Assembly: GCA_963667845.2 (NCBI GenBank)
Contig: CAXXVL010000002.1
Location: 2,176,001-2,240,000 of the forward strand
DNA from: Smithellaceae bacterium
GTDB taxonomy: Bacteria > Desulfobacterota > Syntrophia > Syntrophales > Smithellaceae
Length of the DNA: 64,000 nucleotides
Direction: 5' to 3'
Shown here: positions 38,557 through 49,056 of the stretch, piece after piece
Layout: each line of letters starts with the position of its first letter
Numbering within the stretch: the first letter of the stretch is position 1
Notes under the pieces: generated by a model
The model's database searches: none
Told to the model about the DNA's origin: nothing
The model's input: the letters and a program-made list of their open reading frames with translations, nothing else
Program-made: the position numbers and the translations under genes

Positions 38557-40890
38557 TTACCTCGATTTTTCGAGATCCTTTTCTGCCGGATTAACTTTTT
38601 CTCTCTCGGCGGGTTGATGGGGCTTTTCCGGTTGAGCCGGTTTTACCGGCGCCACGCGCTCGGGACGGGCAGCGGGCTGCTCTGGCCGTGCAGGTGGTTG
38701 CGCAGGGATCACGCGCTCGGGTCTTGCGGGTTGGGGAAGCCGCTCCTGCGGAGGTGGTTTTACCGGCGCCACGCGCTCGGGACGGGCAGCGGGTTGCTCT
38801 GGCCGCGCAGGTGGTTGCGCAGGGATCACCCGTTCCGGTCGTGCGGGTTGGGGGAGCCGCTCCTGCGGAGGTGGTTTTACCGGCGCCACGCGTTCGGGAC
38901 GGGCAGCGGGTTGCTCTGGCCGCGCAGGTGGTTGCGCAGGGATCACCCGTTCGGGTCTCGCGGGTTGGGGAAGCCGCTCCTGCGGAGGTGGTTTTACCGG
39001 CGCCACGCGTTCGGGACGGGCAGCGGGTTGCTCTGGCCGCGCAGGTGGTTGCGCAGGGATCACCCGTTCGGGTCTCGCGGGTTGGGGAAGCCGCTCCTGC
39101 GGAGGTGGTTTTACCGGCGTTACGCGTTCAGGACGTGCAGCGGGTTGCTCTGGCCGCGCAGGTGGTTGCGCAGGGATCACCCGTTCGGGTCTCGCGGGTT
39201 GGGGAAGCCGCTCCTGCGGAGGTGGTTTTACCGGCGTTACGCGTTCAGGACGTGCAGCCGGTTCATCAGGCCGCACAGGTTGTGCAGGACTCACTTGCCG
39301 TGGTCCTGCGGGTTGGCTTGGCTTTCCTCCGGTTTTGATCTCTCGTTGTTGAAGTTTTATTTCCGCTTTCGGCCGGTTCACTTCATTGGCCGGTACGATA
39401 TAGTTTGTGCTTTTGGGCGTTTCGATACGGACGTCGCCTTTGACCTTTCCTTCCGGAAGACGATTGACTCGTTCCCGGACCGCAACAGCATTATCTTTCC
39501 TGCCCTTTTCAATAACGGGTGCGTTTTTCTCGATCCGGTTGATCACCGTATTGTGGGGCTTTTCCTGTGCGGCTCTGTTGGTGAAAGTGTAGCGCTCTTT
39601 GTTTGTTGTGTAATTGTTGATCACAGTATTATTGACGACCGGTGCCGCGCGATAGTTGTTGATGATCGTGGTGGAGTTTATGTTGGTCACCCGGACATTC
39701 CTGTAATTATTCTCGCGATAGAAATTTTCGCGCGGTACGACGACCGCATGCCCCGCGTAAGCGTAGCTCCTGATATTGATATTAATGCGGGTGACGTTGA
39801 CATTGGTGACGACCACTTCATGGGGGCCTCCCCAGTTGCGGTGGCTGTAATACGTTTCACGAGGCGCCAGAGGCACCCATCCCACATAATTGTCATGATG
39901 AATCCAGGAAACTCTTCCGGGAGACCAGAAAAAACCAATGGCCAGAAGGGGAAGGCCCACACGCACGCTCACCACCGGCGGCGCCCAGTACCAGGAATTC
40001 CGTGTATAGATCCAGTTGCCGTAATGGTGCGTGATGTATCCGAAGGGCTCTGCGGGGATCCATACCTGATCGCCGTTCCAGTCGGTCCAGCGGCCGGCGG
40101 TGAACGGTGACCATCCCACGGTTATGGTGGTGGGCCGCCAGAACCAGCGCGGTGAACCTTCATAGGGGACGCTTTCCCATCTGCCGTTTTCTTCGAGGGC
40201 GTACGACTCGTCGCGGAGGTCGGGTGGAAGATATTCGGCCGAGCGGCCACGCATCCTTGCTTTCGCTGCCCAGAAGTTTTCACGGGTCCTGTTCCAGGCG
40301 TTCCAGTCGGGATCAACCGTTGTGTCGCCTGATGATACCTGACTGGCGTCGGCGAGGATTGACGGGGAGCCGGCTGCGGCGTCATAGCGGGCGTCCGTTG
40401 CCGTATGGACGAAACTGACTTTTCCCTTTACCGCGATCACTTCGACTGAATTTTCACCCGCGTAAAAATCGAAGACCGTTCCGGGGTAAGCCAGGACGTA
40501 TCCGAAGGGGCACGTGACTTTAATAACCGTTTCGGAGCCTTTGTTATAGAAACGGGCCACGCCCTCGGCCACATCCATTTCGGACAAGTCGGAGTCGAGC
40601 GCAATGAACTGGATCTGTGTGCTTTGCCCGATCCTGATCCATGTCCCGTTGGGGATGATCATCTCCGCCATCCCTTGTTTGCCGGAGAAAAGTGCATCCT
40701 CTGTACCGAAGGGCGAGTCTTTGACCATGGGCACCCAATCCTTCTCCTCCGGAACGTAACGGAGCAGGTCGCCTTCGATAGCATATACGCGGCCCACCAT
40801 AATGGCCGGAGCGTTGGCGGCTGACGCTTGCACTGCTATTGTCAGCCCTGCAAGAAGCAAACAAACCATTAATTCAATCCATCTCTTCAT
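38557..40890 (-). CDS. Exported FecR-like/DUF6600-like protein with a Pro-rich repeat tail
   Basis: Signal peptide; Trp-rich GWSPFTAGRW..EPFGYITHHYGNW region; 39-aa repeats; start MKRWIE after AGGAG. Confidence 0.8.
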   Translation of the reverse strand: MKRWIELMVCLLLAGLTIAVQASAANAPAIMVGRVYAIEGDLLRYVPEEKDWVPMVKDSPFGTEDALFSGKQGMAEMIIPNGTWIRIGQSTQIQFIALDSDLSEMDVAEGVARFYNKGSETVIKVTCPFGYVLAYPGTVFDFYAGENSVEVIAVKGKVSFVHTATDARYDAAAGSPSILADASQVSSGDTTVDPDWNAWNRTRENFWAAKARMRGRSAEYLPPDLRDESYALEENGRWESVPYEGSPRWFWRPTTITVGWSPFTAGRWTDWNGDQVWIPAEPFGYITHHYGNWIYTRNSWYWAPPVVSVRVGLPLLAIGFFWSPGRVSWIHHDNYVGWVPLAPRETYYSHRNWGGPHEVVVTNVNVTRININIRSYAYAGHAVVVPRENFYRENNYRNVRVTNINSTTIINNYRAAPVVNNTVINNYTTNKERYTFTNRAAQEKPHNTVINRIEKNAPVIEKGRKDNAVAVRERVNRLPEGKVKGDVRIETPKSTNYIVPANEVNRPKAEIKLQQREIKTGGKPSQPAGPRQVSPAQPVRPDEPAARPERVTPVKPPPQERLPQPARPERVIPAQPPARPEQPAARPERVTPVKPPPQERLPQPARPERVIPAQPPARPEQPAARPERVAPVKPPPQERLPQPARPERVIPAQPPARPEQPAARPERVAPVKPPPQERLPQPARPERVIPAQPPARPEQPAARPERVAPVKPPPQERLPQPARPERVIPAQPPARPEQPAARPERVAPVKPAQPEKPHQPAEREKVNPAEKDLEKSR
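38641..39260. repeat. Coding tandem repeat, 117-bp unit (39 aa), 5 full copies plus a partial copy
   Basis: ttttaccggcg recurs at 38641, 38758, 38875, 38992, 39109 and 39226. Confidence 0.95.
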
Positions 40891-41356
40891 CGTCTTTCTC
40901 CTTGTTTTCATCCACGCCGCATAGTTCCTGCTTTACCAGAAGAATAGAGCAGGGCATGGCTCTGATGATTTCGTCATTGCTTCCTCCGACCAGCAGGCGT
41001 TCCAGACGGCTTTCTTTGTGGCTGCGCAGGATCAGCAGATCAATATTTTCTTCCCCAATAAGCTTCAGGATCACTTCGGAAGGGATGCCTTCTCTGACCA
41101 ATTCTCTGATGACCATGTCCTTTTTATTTTCAATGCTGATCCTCTGATGCAGATCTTCTTTATTCTTTTCCATTTCCCGTTTGCGTTCCTGTTCCATGGA
41201 CATCATCGGAGTACTCCACCCCGTAAGCCAGGTCGTGTCGATAACGTGAACGACGGAAAGTTGGGCCTGATATTTTCCGGCGAGCGAAATTCCGAACTGT
41301 ACCGTTTTGCTGCAAGTTGGGGTCAACCAGCTGACCACAAGAATATGCTTGATCAT
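40874..41356 (-). CDS. Universal stress protein
   Basis: KHILVV, LSVVHVI, VREGIPSEVI, IDLLIL, MPCSILLV. Confidence 0.85.
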   Translation of the reverse strand: MIKHILVVSWLTPTCSKTVQFGISLAGKYQAQLSVVHVIDTTWLTGWSTPMMSMEQERKREMEKNKEDLHQRISIENKKDMVIRELVREGIPSEVILKLIGEENIDLLILRSHKESRLERLLVGGSNDEIIRAMPCSILLVKQELCGVDENKEKDDEEMD

Positions 41357-41603
41357 ATCGGCGATCTGCCTCCTTCAAGAATTAATAATTTAATATCTGA
41401 CCTCAGGTTGCTTTGTAGTCGTACCGGTTCAAATCTGCCGGTCCGGCGTTTAAGGGGTCATCCACGTAGAATCGTTTTTGATATGAGTCATACGTGGCCC
41501 AGAGCCGTTTTACCGCTTCGTTAAATTCGATCATCTCCGCAGTAATTTGTTGTCGATCCATTTTCCTGTCTCATTTAGAAATCAGTTAATATCTTCACCA
41601 AAA

Positions 41604-43958
41604 CTACCTGGCGAGGTAGTAATACCGGTTCAAATCGAACAATCCGGAGTTTACAGGTTCATCCTCATAAAATCGCTTTTGAAACCAGTCATAGGTATCC
41701 CAGAGCCGGTCTTCCGCCCGGTTGACGCCGTATCTGGCCAGTCTTGCATCGTTTCCCGGGCTCTTCTTGAAATGAGCCAGGAGATCCAGAAAGTCGGGCA
41801 GGTCTTCTTCCCGGACATCAAAAAAGTAGTTGGGATAGGACCCGATGAGGCCGCCGATAAAATCGGCGCTGTCTTTGGATACATCGAGCTCGGCCTTTTC
41901 ACCGAACAAATGGGTGACATTGCTGTGCCATTGATTGATCACGATGGAGATGGCCAGGTCTTTGCCGCTTTTCAGGCGGATCCTCATGTAGGCCACTTTG
42001 ATCTGGTGATCTTTCATCAATGTGAAAAACGGCATGCCGGGTCTGGATATGGCGCGAAAGGCCCTGAGGATGTCAACCTTCGTAGCGCTTCTATCAGGCA
42101 GACCGGGATTGACAACAGCTCCCCGTTCATAATTTACCTCATCAAAGGTGATACGGGTTGCCGGAGAAAGGTGCCGGTTCACCATATATTCGATGAACTC
42201 CCGTGTGGGTTCGTTTGTCACAAAGGAGATTTGCGTCGGCATTGTGGAGGGATAATAGTCAATTTTTTTGAGATCAATTCCCTTGTACCACGATTGCATG
42301 AGCTCCTGCCGCGAGGCCGCCGGCAGGAAATCCAGAAAGTAACTCTCGCCCTCGACACGCAGCTGATCCATATAGAGCCTGAGCGCGAGCTGGTGGCCTG
42401 CCGTGCCGTACACGTCAAAGCCGGCAACCAGTGCGTAATAGATGCGCTCCAGCAGCGGATAGTCCACGACCCACATTGTTTTCGGCAGATTCCCGATGAC
42501 CCCTTTATGGACGGATGCGCTGTCAAAATGGCGGTAGACGGTCAAAAGCGGCGCATCGGCGGCCTTGTTTCCCTTCCACAGGGATTCATAGCCGAGGCCG
42601 GCATAGTGATGAGACGTGTAATAGTCCTGCCGCGCTTTATAAAACTCCACGGCGGCTTTTTTATATTCGTCGGTCATTGCATTGAAGACGCGCATATCAG
42701 AGCCGATTTCAATCGGCATGCGCAGCTTGTCGTTGTGCAGCCTGAGAAAGGCCGGATACGTAACGCCGAGATCGTATTCGGGATCGAGAAACATGACCCA
42801 GAAATGATCGTTGATCACATTGAGGGCGATTTGACCCTTGCAGACCGGGCCGTGGATGAAGGTCATGATGATGTACTGCGAGTTGTCCAAAAGAAACTGA
42901 TAGCGCGACCGCGGGGGGATCTGTTCAAAGGCGACAAAGGGATTGGCGCTCATTTTCTTGTCATATCCTACTGTATGCGGATGCTGCAGCCACTGGGGCT
43001 TGATAAAAAGCTCCCGGATGCGCTCAAGCTTCGCGTCATCGAGGTCAAAGACCATATGTGTCTTATGGACGATGGTGGAGTGGATCTTCCGGAAGCGATA
43101 GTAGACGCGTTCCACGCCGGGGTCGTCATAGGGACGCACGGTGGCGATCAGGTCTGCGGGCTGGCCGGACGGGGTCTTCGAGCGGAACAGTTCATAGAAT
43201 TCGTTCGTGGGGGTTCCGAATTTAATATGGGCCAGAAACAGATGCTCATAGAGATAGCGCGCGGTCACGGCGTGCTTGGCGTCGTCCTGGTTCAGAAAAG
43301 TTTCCCACTGTGCAATGGCCTGCGCATCGCCGGCTTTTGGTGTGATCAGCATCTCCTGCTCATTGGCATCCGGCCCTTTCGCGCCCTGCGTAAGCCAGCC
43401 CGCAATGATGTCGAATTCTTCGGGCTTGAGTGCGGGAAATCCGAAAGGCATGCCGTTGTTCGGGTGTTTTTCCAGATACCCTCCAAGCTCTTCGGGGTTT
43501 TGGGAACAGGTCAGATCGTCGGCTTCAGACTTATACTCTCCGACGCTTTTCGGATTATTGATCTTGTGGGAAAGAATCTCGATCATGATGGAATCGTTTA
43601 TCCCGCCTGAGGCTTTGCTTTCGGTCACGCTGAAAAATTCTTTCCGGCGCCATTCTTCGGTTGATTGGGCGTCCGTGAAGAGACGGGTCGGATCCATGGA
43701 TCTCAGTCGCGAGCCGTTGTAAACGGCCTTTTTTGTCGCGCCGCGATCAGCGCCCTCAAAAGAATCGAGCTTCAGCTGGCAGGGTGAATTATAGCAGGAA
43801 TGGCATACCGCACAGCGCCTGTCCAACAGCGGTTTTACCTCTTTCATGTAATCGACAGGCTTTGCCGGCATCTGGAAAACAACGGGCATGGGCGCTTTGG
43901 ACGCGCAGGCGGCAATGAGCGCAGCCATGACTAAAACAATTGCTATCTTATTCTTCAT
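41604..43958 (-). CDS. cti: Fatty acid cis/trans isomerase (heme c), lipoprotein
   Basis: RRCAVCHSCYNSPCQLKL, RYLYEHLFLAH, FIHGPVCKGQIALNVI, HFDSASV, GSYPN, LFDLNRY. Confidence 0.93.
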   Translation of the reverse strand: MKNKIAIVLVMAALIAACASKAPMPVVFQMPAKPVDYMKEVKPLLDRRCAVCHSCYNSPCQLKLDSFEGADRGATKKAVYNGSRLRSMDPTRLFTDAQSTEEWRRKEFFSVTESKASGGINDSIMIEILSHKINNPKSVGEYKSEADDLTCSQNPEELGGYLEKHPNNGMPFGFPALKPEEFDIIAGWLTQGAKGPDANEQEMLITPKAGDAQAIAQWETFLNQDDAKHAVTARYLYEHLFLAHIKFGTPTNEFYELFRSKTPSGQPADLIATVRPYDDPGVERVYYRFRKIHSTIVHKTHMVFDLDDAKLERIRELFIKPQWLQHPHTVGYDKKMSANPFVAFEQIPPRSRYQFLLDNSQYIIMTFIHGPVCKGQIALNVINDHFWVMFLDPEYDLGVTYPAFLRLHNDKLRMPIEIGSDMRVFNAMTDEYKKAAVEFYKARQDYYTSHHYAGLGYESLWKGNKAADAPLLTVYRHFDSASVHKGVIGNLPKTMWVVDYPLLERIYYALVAGFDVYGTAGHQLALRLYMDQLRVEGESYFLDFLPAASRQELMQSWYKGIDLKKIDYYPSTMPTQISFVTNEPTREFIEYMVNRHLSPATRITFDEVNYERGAVVNPGLPDRSATKVDILRAFRAISRPGMPFFTLMKDHQIKVAYMRIRLKSGKDLAISIVINQWHSNVTHLFGEKAELDVSKDSADFIGGLIGSYPNYFFDVREEDLPDFLDLLAHFKKSPGNDARLARYGVNRAEDRLWDTYDWFQKRFYEDEPVNSGLFDLNRYYYLAR

Positions 43959-43989
43959 GAATGAACTTTGTCCTTAAGGTTGCGATCTC

Positions 43990-44077
43990 GTGAATGGTGG
44001 ATAGTGGATAGTGAATGGTGATCCGCCCTTGGGAGCGCGAGGGTGAAGCGCGCGATAGATACGCTTCACCCTTCACG
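43990..44077. repeat. Heptamer repeats plus an inverted repeat
   Basis: gtgaatg gtggata gtggata gtgaatg, then gggtgaagcg...cgcttcaccc. Confidence 0.7.
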
Positions 44078-44082
44078 TTTTT

Positions 44083-45288
44083 TTATTGCATGACGATTTC
44101 AAAAAGAACTCTCATGTTGGCCTTTGCTTCTTTGGAGTAAATCTCTTTGGGCGCGGCCTCATACATCGCCGGGTCCGTTTCGCCGTAGCCGATTGTTGAA
44201 AGTCTGCTGGGTGTGATGATCCCTTCGTTAATGAGGTATTGCTCGACAGCTGCTGCTCTTCTTTCGCTTAACGCCTGATTATAGGCATCGGTGCCGGAAG
44301 CAGACGTATATCCTGCAATGCGCACTTTGGCGTTAGGGTTATCCTTCAGCATCTGGATGTTCCTCTTCAGAATCACCTGTGCTTCCGGTTTGAGGGTCGC
44401 CTTATCGAAATCAAAGTGGATGTCCTCAAAAGCAAGGACGATGACCTTTTTCTCCGCCACGGCGGTAACGACTTTTTCCTGTGTGACCGGCTCATCCGGA
44501 ACGATAACAATCTTCTCCACCGGCTTGGCAACGTACTGCTGATAGCGGCGACAATTTCCGGAGATGACATCTTCCACAAAAGCGGCCATGATTACCGGAT
44601 TTTCCAATTTGGTGGCATTGACGTTGTAGGCGCCGGCAACATTCTGCACAATCTGTTCGGAAAGGTCTTTTCCGCTTTGCGAATACCCTAACTGGATGGT
44701 ATAAACGCAGAGCCTGTCGCCATATTCCGCATTTATTTTGGCGATGGAGTCTACGATAACTTCGTTACTAATGTCCGCTTTGTTTTTGATGTCGCCTTTA
44801 ACCGGACTCATGGTAAAATCACTGACAACAATAAGGGCCGAATTACCCGACGCCCCCCGGAGATCATTGCCTGCCGCCGTGATGGCTTTTCCAAGATCTG
44901 TTCTGCTATTGACCATTTCGATGGAATTGACTTCTTTCTTATAGTCTTTTTTGACGAGCGGCGTCATTCCATAAATAAGATCAGTTCTTTCCGCCCAGAA
45001 GGTCCGCAGGCCTGCCGTCAACGGAATATCCGGAATCGTCGAAATCATGTTTTTTGTGGTATCTTTTGCATAGATCAGGCGGGTCGGATTGCCGGCTGAC
45101 CGTGTCTTGCCCTGCTGATCATTCATGGACGCTGATTTGTCAAACAGGACAACGAAATTGTTCGTTTTCTGGACCAATTGCCCCGAGTTAATCTTCGGAT
45201 TAAGGTCAACCGCTTTAAATGTCGCGCAACCGGTAATCAACAGAAAACACATCGACAAAAAAATTAATCCCAAACCTATTTTTCTCAC
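44083..45288 (-). CDS. Lipoprotein with vWA and OmpA C-like domains
   Basis: Lipobox ITGC; MIDAS DKSAS; IHFDFDK..GYTSASG..LSERRA. Confidence 0.85.
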   Translation of the reverse strand: MRKIGLGLIFLSMCFLLITGCATFKAVDLNPKINSGQLVQKTNNFVVLFDKSASMNDQQGKTRSAGNPTRLIYAKDTTKNMISTIPDIPLTAGLRTFWAERTDLIYGMTPLVKKDYKKEVNSIEMVNSRTDLGKAITAAGNDLRGASGNSALIVVSDFTMSPVKGDIKNKADISNEVIVDSIAKINAEYGDRLCVYTIQLGYSQSGKDLSEQIVQNVAGAYNVNATKLENPVIMAAFVEDVISGNCRRYQQYVAKPVEKIVIVPDEPVTQEKVVTAVAEKKVIVLAFEDIHFDFDKATLKPEAQVILKRNIQMLKDNPNAKVRIAGYTSASGTDAYNQALSERRAAAVEQYLINEGIITPSRLSTIGYGETDPAMYEAAPKEIYSKEAKANMRVLFEIVMQ

Positions 45289-45327
45289 AACAGTACCCTC
45301 TAATATATTTGTTCATTAAGGTTCATT

Positions 45328-45426
45328 AATCCCGCTCATGCGGGACGAGCGTTAGTTCTCCGCAGCTTGCCGCGAAATAATAACGTTCACTTCTTACCCC
45401 GACAGCTTGCTGCGAGGTGGTTGATT
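45328..45426 (-). mobile_element. Dispersed palindromic element, copy 2
   Basis: Colinear with 38432-38530. Confidence 0.65.
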
Positions 45427-45533
45427 CACGGCCGGCGGGGCATTGATCCTGCAATCTTTTTAGCCTGGGACTGCCTCCGGTCCCGTGATCACCCTTGCGG
45501 GGATCACGGGATACCCGTCACGGTTCACTTTAT

Positions 45534-45842
45534 TCACGGATGAATAAAGATGGGCGGGAAAAAGATTCCAATGCCCGGAGGAGGCGGCGGCACAAAAACG
45601 ACCGGTGGCGGCGGATAATAGACGCGCTCCCGGTGGCCATAGTAATCGTAAGGCCGGTAATCGGGTCTTGATTGCTTATATTGGCCGCGATGACGGCCAT
45701 TGTCATGCTTGTTATAAGATTTACGGTCTTTATCCGCGAGGGCCGGCGCCGCAGTAATACCGCCGATCAGGGTGATTAAGACAAGCCCCACCATGATCTT
45801 GCCCGCTATGGATTTGAAACTCCATTTGCGTGTTGTTTTCAT
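45534..45842 (-). CDS. Small exported Pro/Tyr-rich protein
   Basis: Signal peptide ending APALA; C-terminus YYPPPPVVFVPPPPPGIGIFFP. Confidence 0.7.
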   Translation of the reverse strand: MKTTRKWSFKSIAGKIMVGLVLITLIGGITAAPALADKDRKSYNKHDNGRHRGQYKQSRPDYRPYDYYGHRERVYYPPPPVVFVPPPPPGIGIFFPPIFIHP

Positions 45843-45908
45843 AAAATTACTCCATTTCTGGATCGATTCCAATCGCCTGCGAGGCGTCAATCTTTAGTAT
45901 GTTAGAAA

Positions 45909-46406
45909 TTATTTTCCGCTCTTGCCGTGTCGCTTATGCTTTCCATATCTTCCCGTCCGGAATGTTGTATCGACAATGTTCTTCTGTCCATCCGACAAAC
46001 TGTCATAGAAGGCCTCGAAAGGCGGAATGAGTTTGTTGATTTGATCCAAATGGGCCTGGGTAACCTGGCTGTGGAATTTCATATGCTCGACAGCGTTCAT
46101 CGCCTTAGTGTTTTCAGCCCTGTCCTTGTTGACGGCGTCCATGTCTTTCGCATTTTCCCGCATCACCTGCGTCAGGTTATCCCATAAGGGTTGCTGGGCC
46201 TCGGTGATATTCAGCGTATCTTGAAGCTTTTTGATCTGGGTCTCCGTATACTCGACGGCTGAGGTTCGCATCATGCTGTGCGATTTCTTCTGCCCTGTGG
46301 CGGCCGAAGAAATGTTGGCATTGGCTAAGAAGATGGCGGATAGAAACACCGCCGTCACCAAAACGAGTGTCATTCTGAAAACAACTGGATAAGTCTTTCT
46401 TTTCAT
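45909..46406 (-). CDS. Spy/CpxP (LTXXQ-motif) periplasmic protein
   Basis: LNITEAQ and FYDSLSDGQK motifs; signal peptide. Confidence 0.8.
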   Translation of the reverse strand: MKRKTYPVVFRMTLVLVTAVFLSAIFLANANISSAATGQKKSHSMMRTSAVEYTETQIKKLQDTLNITEAQQPLWDNLTQVMRENAKDMDAVNKDRAENTKAMNAVEHMKFHSQVTQAHLDQINKLIPPFEAFYDSLSDGQKNIVDTTFRTGRYGKHKRHGKSGK

Positions 46407-46553
46407 ACGTGGTCTCCTTTTAATTTTGATCTCCAGTGCCGACAGGCACTAAAGGTTATCAAACTGGCTACTCAATTTTCGCACATTAGAAGCATCTAAT
46501 ACGTGCGCTGTATTTAACTTCGCCGCTCAGCAATCCCTTGTTTGCGATTCCTT

Positions 46554-46997
46554 TCATTCGGGTTTCTGCTTAACAATGACTGCCTTGGGGTGGAGATTGT
46601 CATCAACGAGTCTGTAAAAAAGTTCAACGTATTGCTTATCTCCGAACAGAGAGATCTTGATGACTACCTTGGTGACATCCACGCTATTTTCCAGCGGCAG
46701 GACATCGATGTGCATGGGAACCTTTCCTTTTGTTTCGAGGGAATATCCTTCATTCGGCGCCGATTTAGTCACCGTCGCTTCGAGTTTTAGCCGGTCGGAA
46801 GCCTGCATCACGGCCCGGTCGGTTGTGTCGACATCGAAGGCGTAATATTTTGTCGCTTTGCCGCTTTTCCAGACGACATAACCCTCGTAGGCGGATCCCA
46901 CAACCGGAAGAAAGGGTATAAGCGGGATCACGGCACAGCCCGCTAATGAAGCGATCATTAGAAACAGGGCAAGGCGTTGGAATATTCTATTTCTCAT
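46554..46997 (-). CDS. Lipoprotein (DUF3568-like)
   Basis: Lipobox LAGC; TKVVIKISLFGDK. Confidence 0.6.
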   Translation of the reverse strand: MRNRIFQRLALFLMIASLAGCAVIPLIPFLPVVGSAYEGYVVWKSGKATKYYAFDVDTTDRAVMQASDRLKLEATVTKSAPNEGYSLETKGKVPMHIDVLPLENSVDVTKVVIKISLFGDKQYVELFYRLVDDNLHPKAVIVKQKPE

Positions 46998-47015
46998 AAC
47001 TGTTCCCTTTTCAGC

Positions 47016-48521
47016 TCACCGGCTGTCGGCACTGCGCCACTCAACGGCGCCGAACCCGGGTTCGCCAAGCAATGTGTAAACGAGGCTGACGGTTCCCACG
47101 GTCTGGTAACTGTCGGGCTGGTCGGGATAACGCGCATCACGAAGGGACGCGACGTATTGGAGCCCGAGAGCGTGCCTGCCGTATACGCGAACCGTTAATC
47201 CCGTGTTCAGACGGCCGATGACCTCCCGTCCCCCCGGGTCATCGCTGCCGACGCCGCTCAAATAATAGCCGCGTCCCGTCAAGTCGATCATGGCCCGGTC
47301 TCCCATGACGAGGCGGAGCGCCAGGAGCCCCTGCGGTGCGACGCCGTAGTGGTAATCGCGCTGGCCAACAACCTGGGTGATATTGCCGCCGGCGGCGTAG
47401 CCGACGCCGCCTAAAGCCGATCCCTGGAGCGCTACTGCCTTGGAGAGCCACCATTGAAAGGTCGTGCCGAGAGAAAGGGAGGTGCTGGAGACACGGAACA
47501 TATGCGGCGATATATAGTCATAGCCGCCATAGAGTCCCCATATTCCGCGATAGGAATTGCCGGCCTTGTAATCCTTTCCGATAAGCAAGCCGCGGATCAT
47601 GACATTCTCGAAAAAGTTGTCCCTGGTGCCGAGGCTGGTCAGTTCAAAATGGAAGTAGTCGAAGGGGCGCTTGTAGCTGTAGCCGGGTTTTCCGGGAAGT
47701 CCGTAGGCCATGATGAAGTCTGCGGATGCCTCGGTCCGATTGACGGTGCTTGAGTCGCCGCGGTCATTCAGAGTCGAGGTCAGGCTGACGCCCAGCCTGA
47801 GACGCCAGAAGGTGGCCGGATCATGGCTGGGATAGATGGCTTTGAAGCGGTCTCCAAACGCAAAACGGTTGATCCCCGTGGGGGGTGAGATCGCTGTCGC
47901 AAAAAGCTCACGCCAGAGGCCCGGTTTTTCTCCATTGCCTTCCAGGACCAGGCCCGCCATGCGAAAGAGCGCCTCGCCGAAGAAGCTTCCGCCGATACCG
48001 CTCGCGATCTGATCGTTGATGGAAGGATTGGTGGTTTCACCGGCCGTTTCCCAGAGAAAACTACCCAGGTTCGTATACACGAGCGATTCCCAATAATTGA
48101 GACCGGCCGAGCGCGCGAATCCCTGGTACATGGATCCCTGATACGGATGGTTGAACTGGTTCATGGAGAAGGCATCGCGGTCGATGCCCCAGGGCCCGTG
48201 GATGAGGTGATCCCAGAAAGTGGACGGATTTGTGTCATAGACTTTTTTCCCGTTCTCCATCTCGTTGGGATAAGCAAACCGGTCGTATACATTGAGGAGA
48301 AGAAGGAAGGTCGGGATTTCCAGAGCCGGAATAAGATAGCTCTTGCCCTCGCCCGTCTCCCAGTTCAGCGCCTTTGTTGTCTTCCCGTCTTTTTCGGTGC
48401 TGAACGCTTGATTACTCTTAACGGAATCCGGGGTGCCGCCTTCCTGGGCTGTCGCCCAGCCGGCGGCCGAGATTCCGATACCCACAATAATCACAGCAAG
48501 TATTGTCCGGAGTGGTCGCAT
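47016..48521 (-). CDS. DUF3943-domain exported/outer-membrane protein
   Basis: DAFSMNQFNHPYQGS..ARSAG..WE..PSINDQ; ATG overlaps the csbD stop codon (TAATG). Confidence 0.8.
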   Translation of the reverse strand: MRPLRTILAVIIVGIGISAAGWATAQEGGTPDSVKSNQAFSTEKDGKTTKALNWETGEGKSYLIPALEIPTFLLLLNVYDRFAYPNEMENGKKVYDTNPSTFWDHLIHGPWGIDRDAFSMNQFNHPYQGSMYQGFARSAGLNYWESLVYTNLGSFLWETAGETTNPSINDQIASGIGGSFFGEALFRMAGLVLEGNGEKPGLWRELFATAISPPTGINRFAFGDRFKAIYPSHDPATFWRLRLGVSLTSTLNDRGDSSTVNRTEASADFIMAYGLPGKPGYSYKRPFDYFHFELTSLGTRDNFFENVMIRGLLIGKDYKAGNSYRGIWGLYGGYDYISPHMFRVSSTSLSLGTTFQWWLSKAVALQGSALGGVGYAAGGNITQVVGQRDYHYGVAPQGLLALRLVMGDRAMIDLTGRGYYLSGVGSDDPGGREVIGRLNTGLTVRVYGRHALGLQYVASLRDARYPDQPDSYQTVGTVSLVYTLLGEPGFGAVEWRSADSR

Positions 48522-48700
48522 TATTTCCCCCAAACCTTTTTGACCTGACCCATCTTTTCCTGAGCAAGGCCGGCTATCTTTTCACCGGCGCCTTCAGCTT
48601 CCAGCTTTGAACTATCGGTTAGTTTACCGGCGGCTTCCTTGAGCTTTCCCTTCATCTGGTGAAATTTGCCTTCCGCTTTGTCTCGTGTACTTGATTTCAT
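48521..48700 (-). CDS. csbD: CsbD-family general stress protein
   Basis: MKSSTRDKAEGKFHQMKGKLKEAAGKLTDSSKLEAEG. Confidence 0.92.
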   Translation of the reverse strand: MKSSTRDKAEGKFHQMKGKLKEAAGKLTDSSKLEAEGAGEKIAGLAQEKMGQVKKVWGK

Positions 48701-48744
48701 GATCTTTATTCTCCTTTGGAATTTCGATTGATTTGCCGGTCTGT

Positions 48745-48966
48745 TCAAACTTTCCTGTATCCCACAACCAGCAGCACGATGCCGCCGGCGAGCGCAAGAC
48801 CTCCCAGAATAGGCGGCAGAGGAATCGTTTTGGACTTCTCGGCCGTCATCTGGATGGGTCCGATATCAACAACTTTTTCTCTGGTCGTATAGGTAATGCC
48901 CTGGTACGCGAGTGCCGCTACCCCCAGAACGATCAGGACGATTGCAATGATGATCCTTAGTCTCAT
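48745..48966 (-). CDS. Small two-TM protein (DUF3185-like)
   Basis: GITYTTREKVVDIGPIQMTAEKSKTIPLPP. Confidence 0.75.
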   Translation of the reverse strand: MRLRIIIAIVLIVLGVAALAYQGITYTTREKVVDIGPIQMTAEKSKTIPLPPILGGLALAGGIVLLVVGYRKV

Positions 48967-49056
48967 AAAACCTCCCCTTTCCCTGGCGTAAGTAAAACTG
49001 GCCGTGTTAAAAAAATCTTTCAGACACACACGTGTTCGCTTTTGGCCGCCGCAAAT

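Noticed and set aside
38641..39260. Possible CRISPR array
   Set aside because: Contiguous in-frame units with no unique spacers, and no cas genes in the window.
38542..40110. 522-aa plus-strand repetitive ORF (and ORF 38688-39338)
   Set aside because: Shadow frames kept open by the 117-bp repeat of the minus-strand gene.
41547..43610. 687-aa plus-strand ORF
   Set aside because: Antisense shadow of cti, with no recognisable motifs.
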